Shown: piece after piece, positions 48,298-56,975 of the stretch
Position numbering within the stretch: position 1 is the stretch's first letter
How the letters are laid out: the number at the start of each line of letters is the position of its first letter
Sequence record: NC_020851.1
Length of the DNA stretch: 64,000 nt
Strand: one strand, 5' to 3'
The notes under the pieces: model-generated
What the model was told of the DNA's origin: nothing
Seen by the model: the letters and a program-made list of their open reading frames with translations, nothing else
Database searches by the model: none
Made by a program: the position numbers and the translations under genes

Positions 48298-49943
48298 TAC
48301 TTATAATCCCACATATAAGACATATCACCATATTCATCTGCATACCATCTATCTCCAGAATCATCTACAAAACTTGCTTCCCTATTAATTCCATCCTCAA
48401 TAAATCCAAATGGTGCCATGTCCTGGTCAATTTGATTTTTCTGTTCTTCATATATTCTCTTTCTTACATCATTTTCTGTCATCTCCTTGAAATACTCTTG
48501 TGCAACTAACCAAGAGAATATTACAAGACACATTGCTAAATCATCATTACATCCTTCCTCCGCTTCAAAGGAGTTTCCTTTCTGTGAGAATGTAGTTAGT
48601 TCTGAGATAATTTCATAATCGGATGCAAGTAATTTATCATCTTCTACAAGAGTTTTGAGATTTGAACATCCCAATTTTTTGACTGCTGAAGTTGTGCGAA
48701 CTCCAAGTTGAGATTTCTTACCACTGAATCCCGATCCTACAACCTGACCGTTTCTACCTCTCATGGCACACATAAGAATATTTTCATATTCTAAATCATA
48801 TTGCATAATACTAGCAACCTGATCTCCAATATCATTAACCTCTATCAATAACCAAGAATAATTATACCCTTTTGCTACATCAAATATGATATTTGGAAAT
48901 AACATTGGTTTGATTTCATTATTTCTATATTTTGCAACTACCTTATAAGGAAACTCTGTGATATCAAAGACAATAAATGCGGAATAATCATTACCAAGAC
49001 CACGAGCAACATCAACCGTAATTAGATAATTGTGTTCTGGAATTGGATTTTCATAGACATCCAATCCAGCATTTCTCTGTATGGGATCATCATATATTAA
49101 AGTTTTGAGTTTTGACGGGTTGATAAGAGTATTGACAGAACCTAAGAATTCACATTCAAACTCAACACGGAACTGTTCTTCTGATGTGTTTGCAATTGTC
49201 TGCTCTTTCCAAACAACATCTCTACCAGGAACTTCTGACCAGTGAACCTCTGTGGGAATATATTCGTTTTTATTTCTTTCGGCATCATGCCACATACGGT
49301 AGAAGTGATTCATACCGTGTGGTGTGGATACAATAATTACTTTTGTGTTTTTACCAGAAGTAATAGTAGGATAAACAGATGCAAAGAAGGAGTCAGCAAC
49401 ATGATTCGGGACGAATGCGAATTCGTCGAGAAAGAGGATATTGAACGACATGCCTCGGACAGCACTTGCAGATGTAGAAGCTGCCAATATCTTACTGCCA
49501 TTTTCTAATTCGATGTTTCCTTTGTTCCATACCAAGATACCTTGTTGCATCCATTTTGGCAAGTTTTCGAATGCAGTTGCTAATCTCCCTAACAGTTCTC
49601 TAGCAGTAGATGCCTTGTTTGCCAGAATACCAATGTTTACACTGTCATTAAAAAGTGCATAATGTAATAGATATGATACCACAGTGGTAGACTTACCAGT
49701 CTGTCGTGGCATCTTACAGATATTAAATCTGTTATTATGAAAATTGTGAATTAATTTTTCTTGAAAATGATATGGATGAAACTGTGTTAAACCTTCATCA
49801 AGAGAAACAATTTTAATATAATTATTTGCAAAATAAATTGGATCTTGTTTACATTTTAGATACTCAATAATTTGTTCTTCTGTAAACTCAATCGCAGTGT
49901 TTGCTTTTTTTAATAATGGATTGCCAAGATATACGTCACTCAT
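48297..49943 (-). CDS. gp17: Terminase large subunit
   Basis: YLGNPLLK, PRQTGKST, FLDEFAF, VSTPHG, VDVARG, DDLAM. Confidence 0.98.
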   Translation of the reverse strand: MSDVYLGNPLLKKANTAIEFTEEQIIEYLKCKQDPIYFANNYIKIVSLDEGLTQFHPYHFQEKLIHNFHNNRFNICKMPRQTGKSTTVVSYLLHYALFNDSVNIGILANKASTARELLGRLATAFENLPKWMQQGILVWNKGNIELENGSKILAASTSASAVRGMSFNILFLDEFAFVPNHVADSFFASVYPTITSGKNTKVIIVSTPHGMNHFYRMWHDAERNKNEYIPTEVHWSEVPGRDVVWKEQTIANTSEEQFRVEFECEFLGSVNTLINPSKLKTLIYDDPIQRNAGLDVYENPIPEHNYLITVDVARGLGNDYSAFIVFDITEFPYKVVAKYRNNEIKPMLFPNIIFDVAKGYNYSWLLIEVNDIGDQVASIMQYDLEYENILMCAMRGRNGQVVGSGFSGKKSQLGVRTTSAVKKLGCSNLKTLVEDDKLLASDYEIISELTTFSQKGNSFEAEEGCNDDLAMCLVIFSWLVAQEYFKEMTENDVRKRIYEEQKNQIDQDMAPFGFIEDGINREASFVDDSGDRWYADEYGDMSYMWDYK

Positions 49944-49948
49944 AATAA

Positions 49949-50704
49949 TTATTCAGTTTGATTTTGTATAAGTAAAATGCAAAAAGTTGCTGCACATTTC
50001 ATATTATTTGTGTCAGAATATGCTCTGATTTCACAATCACTTTTTTCTTCAACTTTTAATGGAAACTTGTAATTTCTTTCAATATCGTTTTGATTTGTAT
50101 GTGCAACATCATGAGATCTCCATGTTCCATTATCATTATGACCTCTACATACTAGAAAAACATCACCGTCAGATTTTGCAGTCGATATATCCCATTGATA
50201 AATGAAACCTGTATAACCTGCAGGAACAGTATATATGGACATAAATGTCTGACCCAATCCTGTTGAAGTTGGAGATCCTACAGTACGAATTTGTGCTAAT
50301 GTTGTTGCACCAGAAGCAATTGAAATTGTTCCTTCATTTGTTCCACTAGAACCAGAACTTGCAACAAAAGCACGAAATACTCTAAAAAATTCTACACTAC
50401 CAGCAGAACCACCAACGGTTAAGGTTTCTGATACTTGATTATAGTTTGCGTCTAATCCCTCGACAGTTACAGTTCTTGCACCGGTTCCTGCTGCCGCATC
50501 ATCACCATCAGTGCTAGTGACTGTTACTACTGCTGCTGCTGTGAGATATGTATATAATCCACCACCATCCCAGATAGTTTCCATGGAACCATCAATATCA
50601 AGATTTTCTCCAAACTTGATGATATGAAAAGCACCACGAACTTTACCACGAGAAACATTCAATTCCCATGCTTCGTCCCATAAGTAATTTTTAAATCCCA
50701 TCAA
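49949..50704 (-). CDS. Hypothetical Gly/Thr-rich protein (probable virion protein)
   Basis: KFGEN.DID...ETIWD.GG.Y...GTGARTV.VEGLD.NY. Confidence 0.75.
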   Translation of the reverse strand: MMGFKNYLWDEAWELNVSRGKVRGAFHIIKFGENLDIDGSMETIWDGGGLYTYLTAAAVVTVTSTDGDDAAAGTGARTVTVEGLDANYNQVSETLTVGGSAGSVEFFRVFRAFVASSGSSGTNEGTISIASGATTLAQIRTVGSPTSTGLGQTFMSIYTVPAGYTGFIYQWDISTAKSDGDVFLVCRGHNDNGTWRSHDVAHTNQNDIERNYKFPLKVEEKSDCEIRAYSDTNNMKCAATFCILLIQNQTE

Positions 50705-51009
50705 TCACTCCACGATAATCTTTCAGGTTGATACCTTTGAGAATTTTTAATTCTTGAAGTATTTACCTCACCAGGATAAACATTATGAACCATTGCTCCG
50801 GGATATTCTCCTTGAATTTGCTCTGCAAGTTCTTTCTTCGAAAGTATTTTACCTTCTACTTCCAAACGATACATCTTACCTTCCCACACAATATCTGCAG
50901 AATAAGTTTCCTGCTGTTGTTGTGGTTCGGAACCTCCTACATTTAGAGTTCCATTAAAATCACCATTAATAGTGATGCTTTCTGAGAGAAATTGTTTGAA
51001 GTTTTTCAT
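50701..51009 (-). CDS. Hypothetical protein with a capsid-targeting-like N-terminus
   Basis: Begins MKNFKQFLSES. Confidence 0.75.
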   Translation of the reverse strand: MKNFKQFLSESITINGDFNGTLNVGGSEPQQQQETYSADIVWEGKMYRLEVEGKILSKKELAEQIQGEYPGAMVHNVYPGEVNTSRIKNSQRYQPERLSWSD

Positions 51010-51010
51010 A

Positions 51011-52338
51011 TCAGCAGTTCCACGCTCTAAGGGACTTATTGATTCTACTATCTGGATCTCTTGCAGTTTTTTTGGATGTTAATTTCTTTTTCATGCCTTT
51101 CATTCTTGCACAGAATGATGCTCTCCTTTTGTTACCTTTCTTTTTAGATGGTGCTTTTAGGTCAGAACCGGGATTTTCTCTTTCATAAGACCTACGTCCC
51201 TTTTCATTTAGTCCACCAGACTTACTCTTACCTGATTTTTTAGTCCATGCAGCACCTTCATCAAGTTCATTTCTCCAATCTGAAGCACCTTCAAATCTTA
51301 CCTTTGGTTTTAATTTCTTACCATCAGGTGAAGGAACAAACTCTCCTGTCTCTGAAGACTTCATATCATCAGTATCTACATCACCATCAACATCAGCATC
51401 GACTCTTCTTACTGCTTTTGCTACAAGTTTTTTTAGATTGCTACCGTCAATTTTGGATTCTTCTTTTTCTTCTTCAATCTTCTCACCTTCAAGTTCTACA
51501 TGTGCTTTTACACAAGAACCCTTTTCTCCTGGAATAGAACCTTTTTTCTCTTATACCCTTTCCAGCACTTTAGTTCATCAATCTGCTCCTGTCCACCTTT
51601 GATTGGTTCTGCTTTGATAATATCAACGAACTCATATTCCATTGCCTTAAAATCATCTCTCCAATCAGAATACTCTACAGACTCTGACTTATTACCATAA
51701 TTAGCAGCCCCCTTCTTACGACACTGTACTAATCTACCTGATGCATATGCAGAAGGCCATACCTTTGCACTTGCTTTTACTTTTTTGTAACAAGCATCTT
51801 TTTTACCTTCATCTACAAGGATACCTTCTGATTCGAATGAATTTTTTTGAGTCACAATTTTTGCCTTTCCTTTTCTATCGGGATTTGGATCTTCTTTGCG
51901 TTTTTTAGCAGCTCTTTTATCTCTTTCATCCTTACTCATTGCAGCACGATCATCTGAATCACGGCAATATGGTTTAGTTGTTTGACCTGGTTGCTTTGCA
52001 CAGGGTTTACCATCATATTTACCACCAGCCTGTTTCCAACCACCACCTTTAAACCAATCACGAAGAGAATATCCTTTATCTTTTGCAGACTTGCCATCAA
52101 GTTTTTCTAATATAGTGCTTTCACTCATTCCACCTCCGTTGGATCCGCCATTGCCACTCCCACTACCATTACTACCATTGCTATTACCATTACTATTGGT
52201 ACTATCATCTCCATCATCTTCAGAGTTGTCATTTTCTTTGCGAAGATATCCGCTAGATGCTATACGATAACCGGATGGAATTCGTTTGCATTTTTTATCT
52301 GTATAACAATAATAATATCCTTGCTTACACGTTTTCAT
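51011..52338 (-). CDS. Modular basic/Cys-containing hypothetical protein; homopolymer frameshift at 51542-51547
   Basis: Track ORFs 51508-52338 and 51011-51364 join as CWKGYKRKKGSIPGEKGSCVK...DDMKSSETG. Confidence 0.78.
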
Positions 52339-52352
52339 CGATGAAAAGTAGT

Positions 52353-52768
52353 CTATTCTTTATTATTTAGAAAACCTTGCTTGAGCATTTTTTGAAGTTC
52401 TGATGTGGAACCAACAAACACTGCATTATTGGTAACATTGTTTGTAGTTTTTTTGTTTCGTCTTCTACTTCTTTTAGTTTCTTCTGTAAATCAATTAACT
52501 TATCAGTAGTATCCGCAACACTCTTAATCAACTGCCCTGCGACCTCATATGCCCTTGGACTGCCTCCTTCCCCTGCTACCTCCATAATGCCGTTGATTGC
52601 CTCCTGACCTTTCTCTATGAGGGAGTAGAGGTTCGCACGACTATAGACATAATCCTTCTCTATATCATCATCCTTCGATTTTACAATCTCAGGTTTTTTA
52701 ATTGGTTTTGACTCGACAATATCACTCTCAATATTCAGAGCCTCATCGATTGAATCATAATTACTCAT
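52353..52768 (-). CDS. gp16: Terminase small subunit; C-terminus frameshifted at 52448-52454
   Basis: DY.YSRANLYSLIEKG, PRAYEVAGQLIK; adding one A gives TTNNVTNNAVFVGSTSELQKML. Confidence 0.9.
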
Positions 52769-52774
52769 GATAGA

Positions 52775-53573
52775 TTAAAAATCCTCTTTTTTAGTGGGAC
52801 TGAATTCTTTAGAGTCTCCTAAAAATTCCCAACTTTCTGTAAATCCAAAATCATCTCCAGGTTCCGCATCAATTGGGTCAGGAACAGCAGTATACCTCAT
52901 TTCACGTTTTGCGGTCTTAGTATTTGTATCAGCATACAAATCAACCTGAACTTTTTTAATAAGTCCATCAGTGCTATCTGCAACAGGACCGAATATGTAA
53001 GTTTTTGCAGTAAATCTTAAAGTGTAAATTAATGCTCTACGAGTTTGAAATGAACCCTCATAATCATCTTGAAAATCAATACTATCTAAAACAATAGGAA
53101 CATCTTTTTTTCTCCAATAGATTCTACTAAATCAACTGTAACATTAAATGATGGTTGGAAAAATGGTAGTATTTGCTCAACTATTTGAAGGGCATCATCA
53201 TTTAATTTGGTGAAAATATTTAACTCAAATCCAATATTATAAGGAACTGGCATAAAAACTTTTTTACCTTTCCATTTTTATCACATGCCTTAAATGTCTG
53301 TACTATTCCAGTTTTTCTTGGCGAATCATATTGAATACTAGTCATCTCAAAAGACATTCTTGGTAAGGTAATCGCAACAGGTTTTGTTAGATCTTCCTGC
53401 TGCTCAATTTTTGCAAGAAATTTCTGCATTGGTCCATAGGAAAGACCAACTCTCATATCAGAAATTACATCTTCAGAATTATCTTTATGTTTGATATGAA
53501 TATCATTAAAAAGAGTTCCAAACGATATAATTGTTTTTCTAATTATTTCGTTATAATAGTATGTTCCTAACAT
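52775..53573 (-). CDS. gp15: Tail sheath stabilizer / completion protein; two homopolymer frameshifts (53260-53265, 53105-53111)
   Basis: YYYNEIIRKTIISFGTLFN, LPRMSFE; joined frames continue MPVPYNIGFEL...QIVEQILPFFQP...DDYEGSF. Confidence 0.92.
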
Positions 53574-55048
53574 TAATATGTACCAAATGGATTTGATTCT
53601 GTAAAGTCTAATATTTTGTCTGCTTCTACCTCAAATTCGTCATTATCTGAATATTGATCACTTGATGAAGTATCCGAGTCTAATGATTTTAAGGTGTAGA
53701 TTGCTGATGAAGCAGAACCAACTATATTTTCTCCTTCACTAAATGTTCCACTATTTAGTGAAACTCTGAGAATCTTATCAATATCTTGTCCTGGATTAGT
53801 CCAAGATTTGACTTCTGCAGTAACTCCAGAGAGAGAACCAGTGACTGTTTCCGAAACAATAAAGGTTCCAATTCCTACAGCAGGTGGTGGAGAAACTGTG
53901 ATATTTGGTTTAGAAGTATATCCAGAACCTGCATTTGTTAATAATACTTCTGATACTCTTCCATTGAAAATTCTAGAGATTGCCGTTGCAGTTGTTCCTC
54001 CGCCAACTGGTGGATCTATTGTGATAGTCGGTGCTTCATAATATCTATCTCCCTTATCTGTAATTTCAATTTTAAGAATTGGACTTTCTGATATAACACA
54101 AGTAGCAATTGCTCCAGAACCACCTCCTCCAGCAATAGTTACCGTAGGAGGTTCAGTGTATCCATATCCTGTATTTGTAATGACTATCTCTTTGACAGAT
54201 AATGCATCTCCAACTGATGTAGTTATTGCAACTGCAGTAGCTGTCAAAGAAAATTCATCAACTCCTATGGCACCAGTAATAGTACTAACATCTACATCTG
54301 CAAAAAGTGGAGATCCAAGTCCTGGAGGACTTATTGTTACCGTAGGTATTCCAGTGTAATTGTATCCATCATTCAGTAAAACAACATTAGTAACACCTGA
54401 AAAACCAGGAACAAGTATTGAGTCACATTCTGCAGTTCCACCAAAGGCAACCAATTTCAAATCTGTGATATAACCAACATCTTCTAGAACATCATCTATT
54501 TCAGGAATTCCGGTATCAATTTCCTCATCTTCATATTCGAAGAGTTCGCATGATAATTCGTAAACATAATTCCTACCTAATTGATAGAATGGTTTTTCTA
54601 CTTCAACTCTTTTAATTTCAAAAAATCTTTCTCCTAAAGGAAAATAAACTAAGTCTCCTTCTTTTGGTCTATCGACAAATGCCAGATCTTCTCCTGGATA
54701 ATATACTCTAGATATTGAAGCAATTTCTGCCAAATATGGTGAAATTGATTCTTCAAATCTTTCTTTGGAAAGAACTAAAGTTATTTCATTTTTAAGTCTT
54801 AGACCAAACTTGGTCATGATATCACTATCTGGAGCATAACCATCATAATTATTTAAATATGCCTCAATTATAAAACTCGAATCAAATTTTGATGATTGAA
54901 CTTCATTCAGTATATCATCAGTTTTTAATAGTTTTCTTGGAATATAGTAAACCTCTATTCCATACATTTTTAATTGTTCATTAACTAAGTCTTGTACAAG
55001 ACTCTGTTCACCAGATGAACCTTGGAGAAAATAGGGATTCAGTGCCAT
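53573..55048 (-). CDS. gp14: Neck protein gp14 with an internal Gly/Thr-rich repeat insertion
   Basis: MALNPYF, FGLR, PKEGDLVYFPL, FYQLG, C-terminal DFTESNPFG. Confidence 0.92.
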   Translation of the reverse strand: MALNPYFLQGSSGEQSLVQDLVNEQLKMYGIEVYYIPRKLLKTDDILNEVQSSKFDSSFIIEAYLNNYDGYAPDSDIMTKFGLRLKNEITLVLSKERFEESISPYLAEIASISRVYYPGEDLAFVDRPKEGDLVYFPLGERFFEIKRVEVEKPFYQLGRNYVYELSCELFEYEDEEIDTGIPEIDDVLEDVGYITDLKLVAFGGTAECDSILVPGFSGVTNVVLLNDGYNYTGIPTVTISPPGLGSPLFADVDVSTITGAIGVDEFSLTATAVAITTSVGDALSVKEIVITNTGYGYTEPPTVTIAGGGGSGAIATCVISESPILKIEITDKGDRYYEAPTITIDPPVGGGTTATAISRIFNGRVSEVLLTNAGSGYTSKPNITVSPPPAVGIGTFIVSETVTGSLSGVTAEVKSWTNPGQDIDKILRVSLNSGTFSEGENIVGSASSAIYTLKSLDSDTSSSDQYSDNDEFEVEADKILDFTESNPFGTY

Positions 55049-55050
55049 AA

Positions 55051-55890
55051 TTATCCAATTAGATCTAAAGGTGGTAATTCATATTCAGAAGACATTCTTT
55101 GTTTTATATCTTCCAAATCTCTTTGTGCATCTTCATATATTTGTCTTCCGTTTAATTCAATTCCGCCGGGAAGTTTGACACCATTAAATTTAATTAAGTT
55201 TTGACCCCATTGTCTTTTTATTAATGCAGTCAAGTATTTTTTTACGAATGAATCATTATATACTTGAGTAAATGATTCAGGATCTAATGCTCTATAACAA
55301 TCGATTACAAAAAAAGTATCTTTAGATTGTGCTTTCCAGTCTATATCTAAGTATAATCTATCTTGTCTTTTGTTATATCTTATCTGTTTATCTGTGGTAA
55401 GTAAAAAATCAATATCTTCAAGATATGTTTTTGTCATTGCATAAGTTAGTAAGTCAACAGAACTAAAGTAATAAAGATCATTTAAGAAAAGTTGATATTT
55501 AATACTAAACATTCCTCCAGAAATTGCACTAGTATCAAACTTAAATATTTTCTCAACTCCTATTACAGAATCTGGAACTTGTATATAATTCGAATTTTCG
55601 TAGAAATTAAAAGTAGTTGCAGTTCCTACAATATTTGAAGTTCCAGTAGTTGTTACAATTCCAACTCCATCTGTTCCACCTGCCTTTCCTCTATCAATAT
55701 CATCTTGAGATACTTTGTACTTTAAGTACATTCTCTCGACACCATCATAATGTCGTTCATTAAAATATTGAATAGCATCATCAACTAAATCATCTATCTG
55801 ATCATCATCAACGTTGATTTCTAAAACTGGTGCTCCCAGTTTTCTGAGACAATAGTCAATTAATCCTTGTCTTGTACTTGGTTTTGCCAT
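55051..55890 (-). CDS. gp13: Neck protein gp13
   Basis: YCLRKLGAPVLEINV, KRQWGQNLIKF, LPGGIELNG. Confidence 0.94.
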   Translation of the reverse strand: MAKPSTRQGLIDYCLRKLGAPVLEINVDDDQIDDLVDDAIQYFNERHYDGVERMYLKYKVSQDDIDRGKAGGTDGVGIVTTTGTSNIVGTATTFNFYENSNYIQVPDSVIGVEKIFKFDTSAISGGMFSIKYQLFLNDLYYFSSVDLLTYAMTKTYLEDIDFLLTTDKQIRYNKRQDRLYLDIDWKAQSKDTFFVIDCYRALDPESFTQVYNDSFVKKYLTALIKRQWGQNLIKFNGVKLPGGIELNGRQIYEDAQRDLEDIKQRMSSEYELPPLDLIG

Positions 55891-56369
55891 CAGTATTCTC
55901 CTCCATCAAGGATGCTAGTCCAAGTAACAATTCCAGTTGGTTCATCGGTTGTTAATATAAAATTACTTGTTTCTATTGCACTAAATGTACTTCCACTACT
56001 TACTAATTTTCCTTCTGTAGTAAAATACCCAACACCATTTGGTCCATTGAAGTTATTTTCATAAATTAAATACTCATCAACATAAAGATCTGAACCTACA
56101 AATAAATCACCTCTAAATGTAGTGATACCAATAACATCAAGATTTTGAGTTGTTGTTGTATCAGTTACATTAATATTTTTTACAAATCTAAATGTATCGG
56201 TGGTGATAAATTTAGAAGTATTTGCATTATATTCTAAAAAGAAACCATCTGCTAAAGATGATACATCAACATCACTCAGATCTACAATTTTAGATACTGA
56301 TGACCCACTAATATTTGAGAGGACTTTTATTACCCCCTGTCCACCAATTCTATCTGGTATACTTGGCAT
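55890..56369 (-). CDS. Hypothetical virion-associated protein
   Basis: LSDVD..SLADG..LEYN...KF motif; ends LDGGEY. Confidence 0.7.
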   Translation of the reverse strand: MPSIPDRIGGQGVIKVLSNISGSSVSKIVDLSDVDVSSLADGFFLEYNANTSKFITTDTFRFVKNINVTDTTTTQNLDVIGITTFRGDLFVGSDLYVDEYLIYENNFNGPNGVGYFTTEGKLVSSGSTFSAIETSNFILTTDEPTGIVTWTSILDGGEY

Positions 56370-56719
56370 TACCTTGTTACTCCCGCTCTTACTAAAGCCA
56401 TACCCTCAAATGCTTTATATTTTTTTCCTCCAGAATCTAATCCCCCGATTTCAACTAGAACATCATAAACATATCTACCAGGGTTTATATTCAGAGTTTG
56501 TTCATCAGTTAATGATAGTTCAATAATACCAACTTCAGGATCTAAAATTGTCGAAGCAAAAGAAACTGATTTTGAACTAGAGGGACTTTTTCTTAACTGT
56601 GCAGTAACACCATATCCAGTAATATTAAGACTGGAATTAGTTCTAGAGTCACCTAAGGCAAAAGAACTGGAAAAATCAAATCCCTGCTCGATCACAATAT
56701 TAGATGCATAAACTGCCAT
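56369..56719 (-). CDS. Small virion structural protein
   Basis: IEQGFDF...AQLRK...GIIELSLTDEQT..INPGRYVYDV. Confidence 0.75.
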   Translation of the reverse strand: MAVYASNIVIEQGFDFSSSFALGDSRTNSSLNITGYGVTAQLRKSPSSSKSVSFASTILDPEVGIIELSLTDEQTLNINPGRYVYDVLVEIGGLDSGGKKYKAFEGMALVRAGVTR

Positions 56720-56746
56720 TATCTTTATGAATTATAATCCTTTAGA

Positions 56747-56754
56747 TATTTATA
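56747..56754 (-). promoter_or_regulatory. T4-type late promoter TATAAATA
   Basis: Exact match upstream of the 56719 start. Confidence 0.75.
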
Positions 56755-56771
56755 TGAATTATTGGTAGTAG

Positions 56772-56975
56772 TTATTTGTTTAAAAAATCTTTGAGTAAAT
56801 TTTTTATTTCTTCAATATCTTTTTTCATATTATTTAACTCTTCTTTCTCAGAATTTTTTCGTTTCACTCTATTCTTGTATCTGTCATAAGCAATATCATC
56901 ACAATTAACAATTGCTCCAGTATCCTCATCTCGGTAAAGATGAGGATGATCTTTAACTTTTATTAGATTCTTCAT
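56772..56975 (-). CDS. Small coiled-coil hypothetical protein
   Basis: IKVKDHPHLYRD..TGAIVN. Confidence 0.75.
   Translation of the reverse strand: MKNLIKVKDHPHLYRDEDTGAIVNCDDIAYDRYKNRVKRKNSEKEELNNMKKDIEEIKNLLKDFLNK

Noticed and set aside
1855-49943. Introns, inteins or homing endonucleases in nrdA, nrdB, gp41, gp43, gp46, gp20 or gp17
   Set aside because: All have normal lengths and continuous motifs; no intein splice motifs or LAGLIDADG/GIY-YIG/HNH ORFs were seen.
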